In this document: positions 25,218 through 32,000 of the stretch, piece by piece | How the letters are laid out: each line of letters begins with the position of its first letter | How positions within the stretch are numbered: the first letter of the stretch is position 1 | Assembly (NCBI RefSeq): GCF_000179635.2 | Contig: NC_014825.1 | Span: 90,001 to 122,000, forward strand | DNA from: Ruminococcus albus 7 = DSM 20455 | GTDB taxonomy: Bacteria; Bacillota; Clostridia; Oscillospirales; Ruminococcaceae | Reading direction: 5' to 3' | DNA: 32,000 nucleotides | Position numbers and translations under genes: made by a program | Notes under the pieces: model-generated | The model's input: the letters and a program-made list of their open reading frames with translations, nothing else | Database searches by the model: none | Told to the model about the DNA's origin: nothing

Positions 25218-25847
25218 ATGACGAACTATCGAAAGATCTTGGAGATGCATTCTCATGGCTTCAGCCAGAGAAGCATCGAGTCAAGTGTCCACAGTTCCCA
25301 TCAGACTGTCAAAGCAACTCTTGACCGTGCTAAGGAACTGAACATCTCATGGCCGCTAGATGACAACGTGACCAATGAGGTACTTGATGAGCTGTTCTAC
25401 GGTGAACGCAAAAGCGGTATCACACCCTATGCTGCCATCAACTACAACTACATCCACCGCGAGCTGTCCAAGAAAGGCGTGACCCTCACGTTGCTTTGGA
25501 ACGAGTATTGCGAGCGTGCCTATGCCAATGGTGAAACGCCCTACATGAGTACACAGTTTGGTGACAAATACCGTCGCTGGGCTCGTGTCACGAAGGCGAC
25601 CATGCGCGTAACCCACAAGCCCGGAGACACTATGCAGGTGGATTGGGCGGGCGGAACTATTCCGTATTACGATCCGATCACGGGTGAAGAGTACAAAGCT
25701 TATTTGTTTGTCGCGGCTCTTCCTTGCAGCAGTTATCTCTATGTCGAAGCCTGCACAGACATGAAGCAGGAGAACTGGCTAATGTGCCATGTTCATGCTT
25801 ATGAATACTTCGGCGGCGTAACAAGGGTTCTTGTTCCGGATAATCTC
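25218..25847 (+). pseudogene. istA: IS21-family istA, 5' half
   Basis: AGGAGG RBS. HTH region, then ..MQVDWAGG..YLFVAALPCSSYLYVEAC..VTRVLVPDNL. The frame is cut directly after DNL (the CDNLKTGV motif of the other IstA) by the RIT element, which supplies a TAA. Confidence 0.85.
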
Positions 25848-25867
25848 TAATGTAAAGCTTCACATTA

Positions 25868-25900
25868 GAGATTTAATGTAAAGAGGATGTTAATGTAAAG
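25868..25900 (+). repeat. Left 33-bp inverted repeat of the RIT element
   Basis: It is the exact reverse complement of 29272-29304 and contains two TAATGTAAAG units. Further copies of that unit lie at 25848-25857 (+), about 25947-25956 (-) and 29217-29226 (+). Confidence 0.9.
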
Positions 25901-25966
25901 TCGGCCGTTTCAATGAAAGTCTGATCGGCATTCCATCATGACCTACTTTACATTAACAAATGCGTG

Positions 25967-26971
25967 TTATCCTAGTGAATCCAAGAAGGAAATCAAATCG
26001 TCCTTTTCTTTGTCTGAAAAGAAATCAAGGCTTTCTGATACTGTTTTCTCAGCTACTGTCTCGATAGCCTTTCTGATAACTTCCGGATTCGTTGACAGGT
26101 AAATCTGAGTTGTTGCAACAGACTCATGTCCCAAGAAATCCCTGACATTATAAATGTTTACGCCATTGTCCACAAGGTGTGTGGCTTTACTGTGGCGTAA
26201 TCGATGTGGGTATACAGAGCCGGTTATAATACCGGGAACCGTATCGTTTGCCAACTTAGAGTATTTCCTTATTATGTAGCGGATGCCTTGCCTTGTTAGC
26301 CGGTCACCATTCCTGTTGCAAAACATTGGGGACTCTTGCATAAGACCGAATTGCCTGATATATTTTGAGATGATTTTTTCTGTTTTTCCCAGTAACGGAA
26401 TGGTGCGATATTTATTTCCCTTACCATGCACATATATCCTGCAGCATTGACCCGGCTGAAAGTCTTTGACATCTAGTGAAATGATTTCCTGAACCCTACA
26501 AGCTGAATCGTACATAAGGGATAAGATTGCCAAATGCCTTAGTCCCTCGTTAGATGATGAGTCGATCGATGAAAGCATTTGCTTTATAGCATCCGTAGAC
26601 ATACAATCAGGAAGCCTTTTATCTTCCTTTGCAAATGGTATACTGAGTATTTCGCTGCATTGCCCGGAGTATTCAGGTGAGATCATCATTACATATCGAA
26701 AAAATGATTTTATATGTGCCAATCTTACATTTTGGGTAGGCACCCCATTTTTCCTGACATTCGAAAGCCAAGAGAGAAACTTGAGTACTACATCGCAGTC
26801 AATCTCATCAACAGTTTTCTTTGATATGCTTTTACCGGATTCTGACATAAATTTAAGCAAAAGCTTAAAGGTGTCTCGGTATGATGAAACAGTATTAGGG
26901 CCGTAATTATGCTGTTTCATTAGGTAAGACATAAAATATCGTTGTATATAGAAGAATAAATTATCACTCAT
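25967..26971 (-). CDS. Tyrosine recombinase, third gene of the trio
   Basis: 334 aa. The catalytic region is ACRVQE (Arg I region), HRLRHSKATH (HxxR), LGHESVATTQIYL (His and Tyr). The start overlaps the stop of the upstream gene by 8 nt. Confidence 0.85.
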   Translation of the reverse strand: MSDNLFFYIQRYFMSYLMKQHNYGPNTVSSYRDTFKLLLKFMSESGKSISKKTVDEIDCDVVLKFLSWLSNVRKNGVPTQNVRLAHIKSFFRYVMMISPEYSGQCSEILSIPFAKEDKRLPDCMSTDAIKQMLSSIDSSSNEGLRHLAILSLMYDSACRVQEIISLDVKDFQPGQCCRIYVHGKGNKYRTIPLLGKTEKIISKYIRQFGLMQESPMFCNRNGDRLTRQGIRYIIRKYSKLANDTVPGIITGSVYPHRLRHSKATHLVDNGVNIYNVRDFLGHESVATTQIYLSTNPEVIRKAIETVAEKTVSESLDFFSDKEKDDLISFLDSLG

Positions 26972-27944
26972 TGTCCACCTCCGGGAATAGACTCCCCAAG
27001 GATGATTCTTTCTGCAAGAAATCCGTATGTCCCTGTTCTGTGAAATGAATGTATTTTTCTGTATCTATGTAATTCACATGTCCGACGTATGCCGCCAGTA
27101 TTGGAATAGCAGTATAGACATTCATTCCGTTTTCCAACATTTTTTCCAGACTTTTGGTGCAGAATGTATGCCGGATAGAATGGATATTTGGCGTCTTACC
27201 ATCTGACTTGTGTATGCCTGCCGTCTTAAACATCTTTGGAAACATATATTTCATAGCATCATATGTAAGATGACCACCGGTGTAGGAGGAAGTGAAAAAC
27301 GGTCTATTCTCATCAGACATATCTATAGTCTTGGCATAGTCAAATAGGACTTCTTTCAAGCTGTCGGATACAGGAATAAATCTTGAAACGCCATTTTTAC
27401 CGTTGATAACATTGATCACACCGTTTGAAGTGTCAACATTCGCCCGCTTCAGTGCAAGGACTTCGCCTATGCGCATTCCGGTACCTATAAGTAATCTGAC
27501 GAGCACTGGGTATATCTGCTGATGCGAGCTCGACTTTCTTGATGCAGGAAGCGTGTCGGCTGCAATAGTCAGACGGCGCAGTTCATCGTCGCTGAAAATG
27601 TACGGACGAAATTCACTCTTTACCGTTCGCATATATTTTCGTGGGACGATGACCGCATCAATTCCGAGAAGCGCCAAGAAAGAACAAAACTGGCGGAGAT
27701 TCGCTGTAAGATATTGGCGTTCTAATTCGCTTAATCCATCACGAGGAGCCAGTAACTCCTCCACCATCTGGTCAGATATATGGTGTTCATAGTAAGTATT
27801 AAGCGAATTGTTCAGTTTCCTTAAGCGAACCATGGTTGAATGAGCAACTTTTTCACCTTTTCCACGCTTGAACTCTATGAATTTTTCAAAATATGGTTTG
27901 AAAAAACCTTCTTCAAATTTAAGAAATTCCTTGTCATTGATCAT
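26964..27944 (-). CDS. Tyrosine recombinase, second gene of the trio
   Basis: 326 aa. GMRIGEVLAL (Arg I), HSIRHTFCT (HxxR), VGHVNYIDTEKYIH (His and Tyr). ATGA overlap with the upstream gene. Confidence 0.85.
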   Translation of the reverse strand: MINDKEFLKFEEGFFKPYFEKFIEFKRGKGEKVAHSTMVRLRKLNNSLNTYYEHHISDQMVEELLAPRDGLSELERQYLTANLRQFCSFLALLGIDAVIVPRKYMRTVKSEFRPYIFSDDELRRLTIAADTLPASRKSSSHQQIYPVLVRLLIGTGMRIGEVLALKRANVDTSNGVINVINGKNGVSRFIPVSDSLKEVLFDYAKTIDMSDENRPFFTSSYTGGHLTYDAMKYMFPKMFKTAGIHKSDGKTPNIHSIRHTFCTKSLEKMLENGMNVYTAIPILAAYVGHVNYIDTEKYIHFTEQGHTDFLQKESSLGSLFPEVDNE

Positions 27945-29173
27945 TTTTTAGGCACCTCCAATGCTGCTGCTCGGAGATGCTCTATATCTGACCATACATA
28001 AGTTTTTGTGGATGCCGCAGATGTGTGTCCAAGTATCACAGCAATCTCATTTATCGGGGTTCCTGAAACCAAAAGGTTTGTTGCCAAACTATGCCTTAAA
28101 GAATGCAGACCATGATGTTTACCTTTTGTATCAACACCGGCAATTTCAAAAAACGGTAATATCTTGTCGCCAAAGTGATCATTCATTGAGTATGCAATGT
28201 ACGGTTTTCTAAGTCGGATGAACACATTCGAACAGTCTGACTCAGGACGCACATTCTTAATATAGTCAAGGAGTGCAAAAAGGATCTCATCTGTCATGGG
28301 AAGGGAAATCTCTTTGTGCGTCTTGTACTGCGTGATATTTATTGTGCGATTTTTCCAGTTTATATTGTCAAGAACCATTGCTTTGATATCGCTTGAGCGA
28401 AAACCGTACACACTTGCCAAAAGCATCATAAGATAGACTGTTTTTCCCCATGGGGTATTCCTGTCGACAGCATTCAGGATACGCCTTACTTCTTCTGCCG
28501 TGTAAAAGGATGGGAGTCTTTCATGCTTTCCGGAATGAATCCCTGTCAAAAAGGGAATCGGATCGAAAGATAGCGCTCCTGAGAACTCATCATAGGAAAA
28601 GAAATTCCTTAACGTATACAAAATGGACGCTTTTCCCTGTGATGAATACCTATCATTGAGGGACGATACAAATCTTGCAAACAGCTCCGGCGTGATGCCC
28701 TCTAATGATGTACATTTACACTCCTCAAGAAAAGCAAAAAACACAGTGATTCGTCCGGATCTCGTGCGTACTGTGCCATCGCTCTTTTGGTCATTTCTCA
28801 TGAAAGTTTCATATTTTCTGATGACATTCAGGTACGTAATGGGACAATCACGCTTATGGGTGGTATACTTTCTCTTAGGTTCTTTTCCATTAAGGATATC
28901 CAGAATCATCTGAACAGCTCTTCCTCGACGTTCTTTTGATTTTGACGGAACAGCTTCAAATGCAGGGACCCCGACGATAATACGATAGTATTCTTGGATC
29001 ACATCTTCCGGAGAAACCTCCAAATCCGTTTCTTTAGCATACCGCTGTAAATCATTAGAGATCCGAATGTAAGCCTGTGCTGTTTTGGATTCAGATCCGC
29101 AGTTTTGTATGATGTGTCTTTGAAACAGTTGGATTGCATCATACAGTGTCATTGAGTAACTGGAATCAATCAT
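27941..29173 (-). CDS. Tyrosine recombinase, first and largest gene of the trio
   Basis: 410 aa. GFRSSDIKAM (Arg I), HSLRHSLAT (HxxR), LGHTSAASTKTYVW (His and Tyr). GGAGG lies 10 nt upstream of the ATG. Confidence 0.85.
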   Translation of the reverse strand: MIDSSYSMTLYDAIQLFQRHIIQNCGSESKTAQAYIRISNDLQRYAKETDLEVSPEDVIQEYYRIIVGVPAFEAVPSKSKERRGRAVQMILDILNGKEPKRKYTTHKRDCPITYLNVIRKYETFMRNDQKSDGTVRTRSGRITVFFAFLEECKCTSLEGITPELFARFVSSLNDRYSSQGKASILYTLRNFFSYDEFSGALSFDPIPFLTGIHSGKHERLPSFYTAEEVRRILNAVDRNTPWGKTVYLMMLLASVYGFRSSDIKAMVLDNINWKNRTINITQYKTHKEISLPMTDEILFALLDYIKNVRPESDCSNVFIRLRKPYIAYSMNDHFGDKILPFFEIAGVDTKGKHHGLHSLRHSLATNLLVSGTPINEIAVILGHTSAASTKTYVWSDIEHLRAAALEVPKK

Positions 29174-29271
29174 GATGATAATTCCTCCTTTCTATGATTG
29201 ATCCAATTATATCATATTAATGTAAAGTCGAATACCTATAATCATTAGATTTTAGATCTATTTTTATTCAG

Positions 29272-29304
29272 CTTTACATTAACATCCTCTTTACATTAAA
29301 TCTC
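29272..29304 (-). repeat. Right 33-bp inverted repeat of the RIT element
   Basis: CTTTACATTAACATCCTCTTTACATTAAATCTC is the exact reverse complement of 25868-25900. Confidence 0.9.
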
Positions 29305-30134
29305 AAGACAGGTGTAACTGCTAACACTCGCTATGAGACCCAGCTGAACGAGAGTTATCGTGAACTTGCCGAGTATTACGGCACAGCTATTGTGCCTGCA
29401 CGTGTTCGCAAGCCGCAGGATAAGGGACTTGTTGAAAAGTCTGTTGGATTCTCTACAACATGGATAACCGCCGCACTTCGTGAGCGTAAGTTTTTCTCTT
29501 TTGCAGAGGTCAGAGAGGCTGTTGACGAGCGCCTCGAATATGTCAATACAAAGCCTTTTCAGAAGCGTCCCGGCTGCCGCAGAGAAGCCTATCTTTCCGA
29601 AGAAAAGGAATTCATGCTGCCGCTGCCGAAGCGCAGATATGAACCCTCTGTGTGGAAACAGCAGACAGTCGGGAATGATTATCTGATTTCGGACGGTTTG
29701 AACAAATACTCCGTGCCTTTCGATCTTATTGGCGAGCAGGTTCAGATCAGACTGACCAAAGATATGGTCGAGGTGTATTTCAAAGGCAGCCGCATGACTT
29801 CGCACAAGCGCCTTGAAAAGTACAGTGTTCAGCCAATCGTGAAGCAGGAGCATATGCCTGCGAATCACCGCGAGTATCTGAATTACAATGCTGATCAGTT
29901 CAAGGAATGGGCAGCTGGTGTCGGTAGAGCAACCGAAGAAGTTGTCAGGTATTTCCTGAACTCAGGAAGCGTTCCCGAACAAGGATACAAGTCTTGTGTC
30001 AGCCTCACGAAGCTCGGTAAGCGTTACGGAAAGAAGAAACTTGAAGCCGCCTGTGAGCGTATGCTGGCGTTCTCATCTTCGCCTTCGATACGCACGATAA
30101 CAACGCTGCTGAAAAACAACAAAGAGGTCCCCGC
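29305..30134 (+). pseudogene. istA: IS21-family istA, 3' half (3' boundary approximate)
   Basis: In frame from AAG at 29305: KTGVTANTRYETQLNESYRELAEYYGTAIVPARVRKPQDKGLVEKSV.. It is colinear with the other IstA through ..ACERMLAFSSSPSIRTITTLLKNNKE. Beyond about 30130 the open frame runs into IS66-associated sequence. Confidence 0.75.
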
Positions 30135-30151
30135 CCAACAACCCACCACCC

Positions 30152-30188
30152 ACCAAAACACAGATCCCCGAACTTCGGTTCGGGGATC
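30152..30188 (-). terminator. Terminator immediately after the IS66 transposase gene
   Basis: GATCCCCGAAC (30163-30173) pairs with GTTCGGGGATC (30178-30188), an 11-bp perfect stem with a TTCG loop. It is followed on the minus strand by TGTGTTTTGG. Confidence 0.65.
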
Positions 30189-30190
30189 AC

Positions 30191-31786
30191 TCATATTGCT
30201 TTACAGATTTTCTGCACAGATTCGTTCCAAGGCAGGAGTTCTTCCAGAATATCCGGATTTGTCAGGAACGCCATGCTTGGCAGTACAGTGAGAAGCAGTT
30301 CAAAATATTTGAACACATCAAGTCCGTTTGCCTTAGCAGTTTCAACGATGCTGTAGATATCAGCACTTGCTTTAGCTCCTTTAGGCGTGTCACTGAAAAG
30401 CCAGTTTTTTCTGCCGACCGTAAAAGGTCTGATAGCATTTTCGGCGGCATTGTTCGAGATCGCACAGTCACCGTCTTTGAAGTAGTTTCCGAGAAATTCC
30501 CGTCTCTTGAAAGCATATTCAAATGCCTTTCCAAGCTGCGTTTTCGGAAGAACTGTCGGTGCTATCTTTTCAGCCCATGACCAGAAAGCCTCAAACACAG
30601 GCTTTTCCTGCGTCAGACGCTTATTAAAACGTTCTTCGGTTGTAAGTCTGTCAAGTTCCGCCTCTATCGCAAACAGCTTGTCGCAGAAGTCTCTGCCTGT
30701 CCTGGCTATGCTGTCTTCGTTGTCCACGACAATGGCTTCGTGGAACTTTCTGCGAACATGAGCCCAGCAATTGCAGTGCGTGACTTTTGTGAGTTTGTTG
30801 TAGCCCGCATAACCGTCTGTGTGAAGGTATCCGCTGAAGTCTCCGAGAAATGCTTTCGGCACATCTCCTGATCTCGATTTATTGTAATCATAGATCACTA
30901 TCTGTCTTGCGGAAAGCTTGCCTGTGCGGTATCCCCACATATACTGCTTGCTGTTGTCGGAAACATCTTTTTCCCTGAGAACTTTGACGTAAGTCTCATC
31001 GCAGTGCAGAACTTTTTCTTTCAGCATTTCCTCTTTCAGTCTTGCGACAAATCGGCTGAAATAATCCTCGCTGCACCTGATGATCCAGTTTGCCATTGTT
31101 GTTCTTGAAAGCGCATATCCAAGGCGTTCCCAGTCCTTTTCCTGACGATACAGCGGCATTGCGTTGACATACTTCTGGTAGATCACCCATGATACTGTTG
31201 ATGCTGATGCAAGCGAATGCGGCAGCACAGGTGCAGGCACAAGTCCGTGAAGAAATACGGGCATATTCTTTTTCTCACATTTCTTGCAGCTGTATGTATT
31301 GCTGTAATACTTCTTTACGATCAGCTTTGCAGGTATCAGTTCAACTTCTTCACGAATGTATTTCTTGCCGATGGCCTTCATCTGTGAACCGCAGCGAGGG
31401 CATATCTGCTCGTTTTCCGGAACAGTGCAGGTGATGATCTCAGTATCGATATTCTTAATGATCTCATCACGCCTGGTCTTTGAGCTTTTTCTGACATAGC
31501 CCTTGACGGTCTTTTTTACAGGTTCTTCGGGATTTTCAGCGTATTCCTGTTCTGCTTCGTTGAAGAAGGATTGCTGTCCTTCGTCTACTGTATGCTCGCT
31601 CGATTTCCCGAATATTCGATGTTTGGAGAGTATCAGTGCTTCCAGGTAGATATGATTGTCCTTTCGGAGGCACTCATTCTCTACTTCTAATTTATCAATT
31701 TTCTTGTCACGTTTTTTGATCTCGTTTTCAAGCATAGCGATGTATTCTGCGTCAGTCATATTGCCTTTCTCTATCACCGTACTCAC
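30191..31786 (-). CDS. IS66-family transposase (single-ORF, ISBst12-like organisation)
   Basis: 531 aa. N-terminal coiled coil, zinc-finger CPRCG...CKKC, and the family hallmark CNCWAHVRRKF. No tnpA or tnpB-like ORFs are adjacent. The element ends could not be located. Confidence 0.9.
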   Translation of the reverse strand: MSTVIEKGNMTDAEYIAMLENEIKKRDKKIDKLEVENECLRKDNHIYLEALILSKHRIFGKSSEHTVDEGQQSFFNEAEQEYAENPEEPVKKTVKGYVRKSSKTRRDEIIKNIDTEIITCTVPENEQICPRCGSQMKAIGKKYIREEVELIPAKLIVKKYYSNTYSCKKCEKKNMPVFLHGLVPAPVLPHSLASASTVSWVIYQKYVNAMPLYRQEKDWERLGYALSRTTMANWIIRCSEDYFSRFVARLKEEMLKEKVLHCDETYVKVLREKDVSDNSKQYMWGYRTGKLSARQIVIYDYNKSRSGDVPKAFLGDFSGYLHTDGYAGYNKLTKVTHCNCWAHVRRKFHEAIVVDNEDSIARTGRDFCDKLFAIEAELDRLTTEERFNKRLTQEKPVFEAFWSWAEKIAPTVLPKTQLGKAFEYAFKRREFLGNYFKDGDCAISNNAAENAIRPFTVGRKNWLFSDTPKGAKASADIYSIVETAKANGLDVFKYFELLLTVLPSMAFLTNPDILEELLPWNESVQKICKAI

Positions 31787-31972
31787 CTCCGAAAACTCAA
31801 AATATCACTGTATACATTTTACCACAAAAAGCCCGAAAAGTCCAGCAAAACCGTACCTTTCGGGCATAGAAATATTGTCAACAATGATGTGCATTTTTTA
31901 TGTTGGATTTTCAGCATATCGAGCCTGTTTTTGCCGGTTTTATCGCTGTCTTCTGCTCGATCGACAGCCCTT

Positions 31973-32000
31973 TGATTATTTCGCCCCTTGGAACGCACCA
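31973..32000 (+). mobile_element. Start of another copy of the IS21-family element seen at 12171-15128 (runs off the window)
   Basis: TGATTATTTCGCCCCTTGGAACGCACCA at 31973-32000 is identical over all 28 nt to 12171-12198. Confidence 0.8.

Larger units (their letters stand above)
25848..29304 (-). mobile_element. Recombinase-in-trio (RIT-type) element: three overlapping tyrosine recombinase genes with 33-bp perfect inverted repeats
   Basis: Three co-directional tyrosine recombinase ORFs with ATGA and 8-nt overlaps. Perfect inverted repeat GAGATTTAATGTAAAGAGGATGTTAATGTAAAG at 25868-25900 and 29272-29304. AATCTC occurs at both junctions (25842-25847 and 29299-29304). Removing 25848-29304 restores the istA frame (..PDNL|KTGV..). 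Confidence 0.75.
25059..30134 (+). mobile_element. Second, different IS21-family element, broken: istA split by a RIT element, 3' part and istB lost at an IS66 insertion (outer boundaries approximate)
   Basis: Repeated CCGCAC-type units lie upstream of istA (25098-25150), as in IS21 ends. An internal promoter reads TTGACC-18-TATAAT (25139-25168). The istA halves at 25218-25847 and 29305 onward are colinear with the IstA at 13399-14958. No istB follows. Confidence 0.6.

Noticed and set aside
29296-29868. 190-aa ORF on the minus strand (and 12418-13071 on the plus strand)
   Set aside because: They are antisense to istA and istB coding sequence, respectively.
30018-30030. GTAAGCGTTACGG, resembling the canonical IS66 terminal repeat start
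   Set aside because: It lies within istA coding sequence (..LGKRYGKKK..) that is colinear with the other IstA copy. No inverted partner was found near 31790-31970.
31878-31912. TTGTCAAC...TTTTTTATGTTGG, resembling the orphan repeat units
   Set aside because: Only an 8-mer and a short T-rich stretch are shared, with no phased 23-bp repetition. This is too weak to call another element end.

Overview
All family calls come from reading motifs in the translations; no database search was run. The window looks like a chromosomal segment of a dockerin-encoding Firmicute, probably Ruminococcus-like (inference). Positions 1-8.8 kb look like ordinary housekeeping or accessory DNA: a metal ABC importer operon (binding protein, ATPase, permease, extra lipoprotein), a small dockerin protein, a cyclase-family hydrolase, a cytoplasmic BspA-type LRR protein behind a roughly 750-bp AT-rich leader, a small alarmone synthetase and an alpha/beta hydrolase. 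From about 9.1 kb to the window end the DNA is a mosaic of mobile and decayed elements. (1) A secreted-protein gene with a SipW-type YAWFT motif has lost its 5' end exactly at a repeat-bounded non-coding element. (2) Several orphan transposon-like ends are built from phased 23-bp repeats, with no cognate transposase in the window. (3) A two-gene cassette encodes a small protein with an LSGG signature motif and a Walker A/B ATPase fused to a Toprim-like domain. I consider this the most interesting candidate system, with OLD/PARIS-like domain logic. It is inactivated twice, by a complete IS21-family element with a 5-bp target duplication and by an in-frame TGA. (4) A tyrosine-integrase remnant, a 3' fragment of tRNA-Asn and a large serine recombinase mark an island junction. 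(5) A co-directional cargo block from 18.3 to 24.9 kb encodes GNAT, esterase, nitroreductase, acyl-ACP thioesterase, two unknowns, a frameshifted NUDIX, a DEDDh exonuclease, a DUF4314-like protein and a membrane-anchored hydrolase. (6) A second IS21-family element is split by a three-tyrosine-recombinase (RIT-type) element and truncated by an IS66-family element. It is followed at the window edge by another copy of the first IS21 end. No rRNA gene, intact tRNA gene or CRISPR array was seen.
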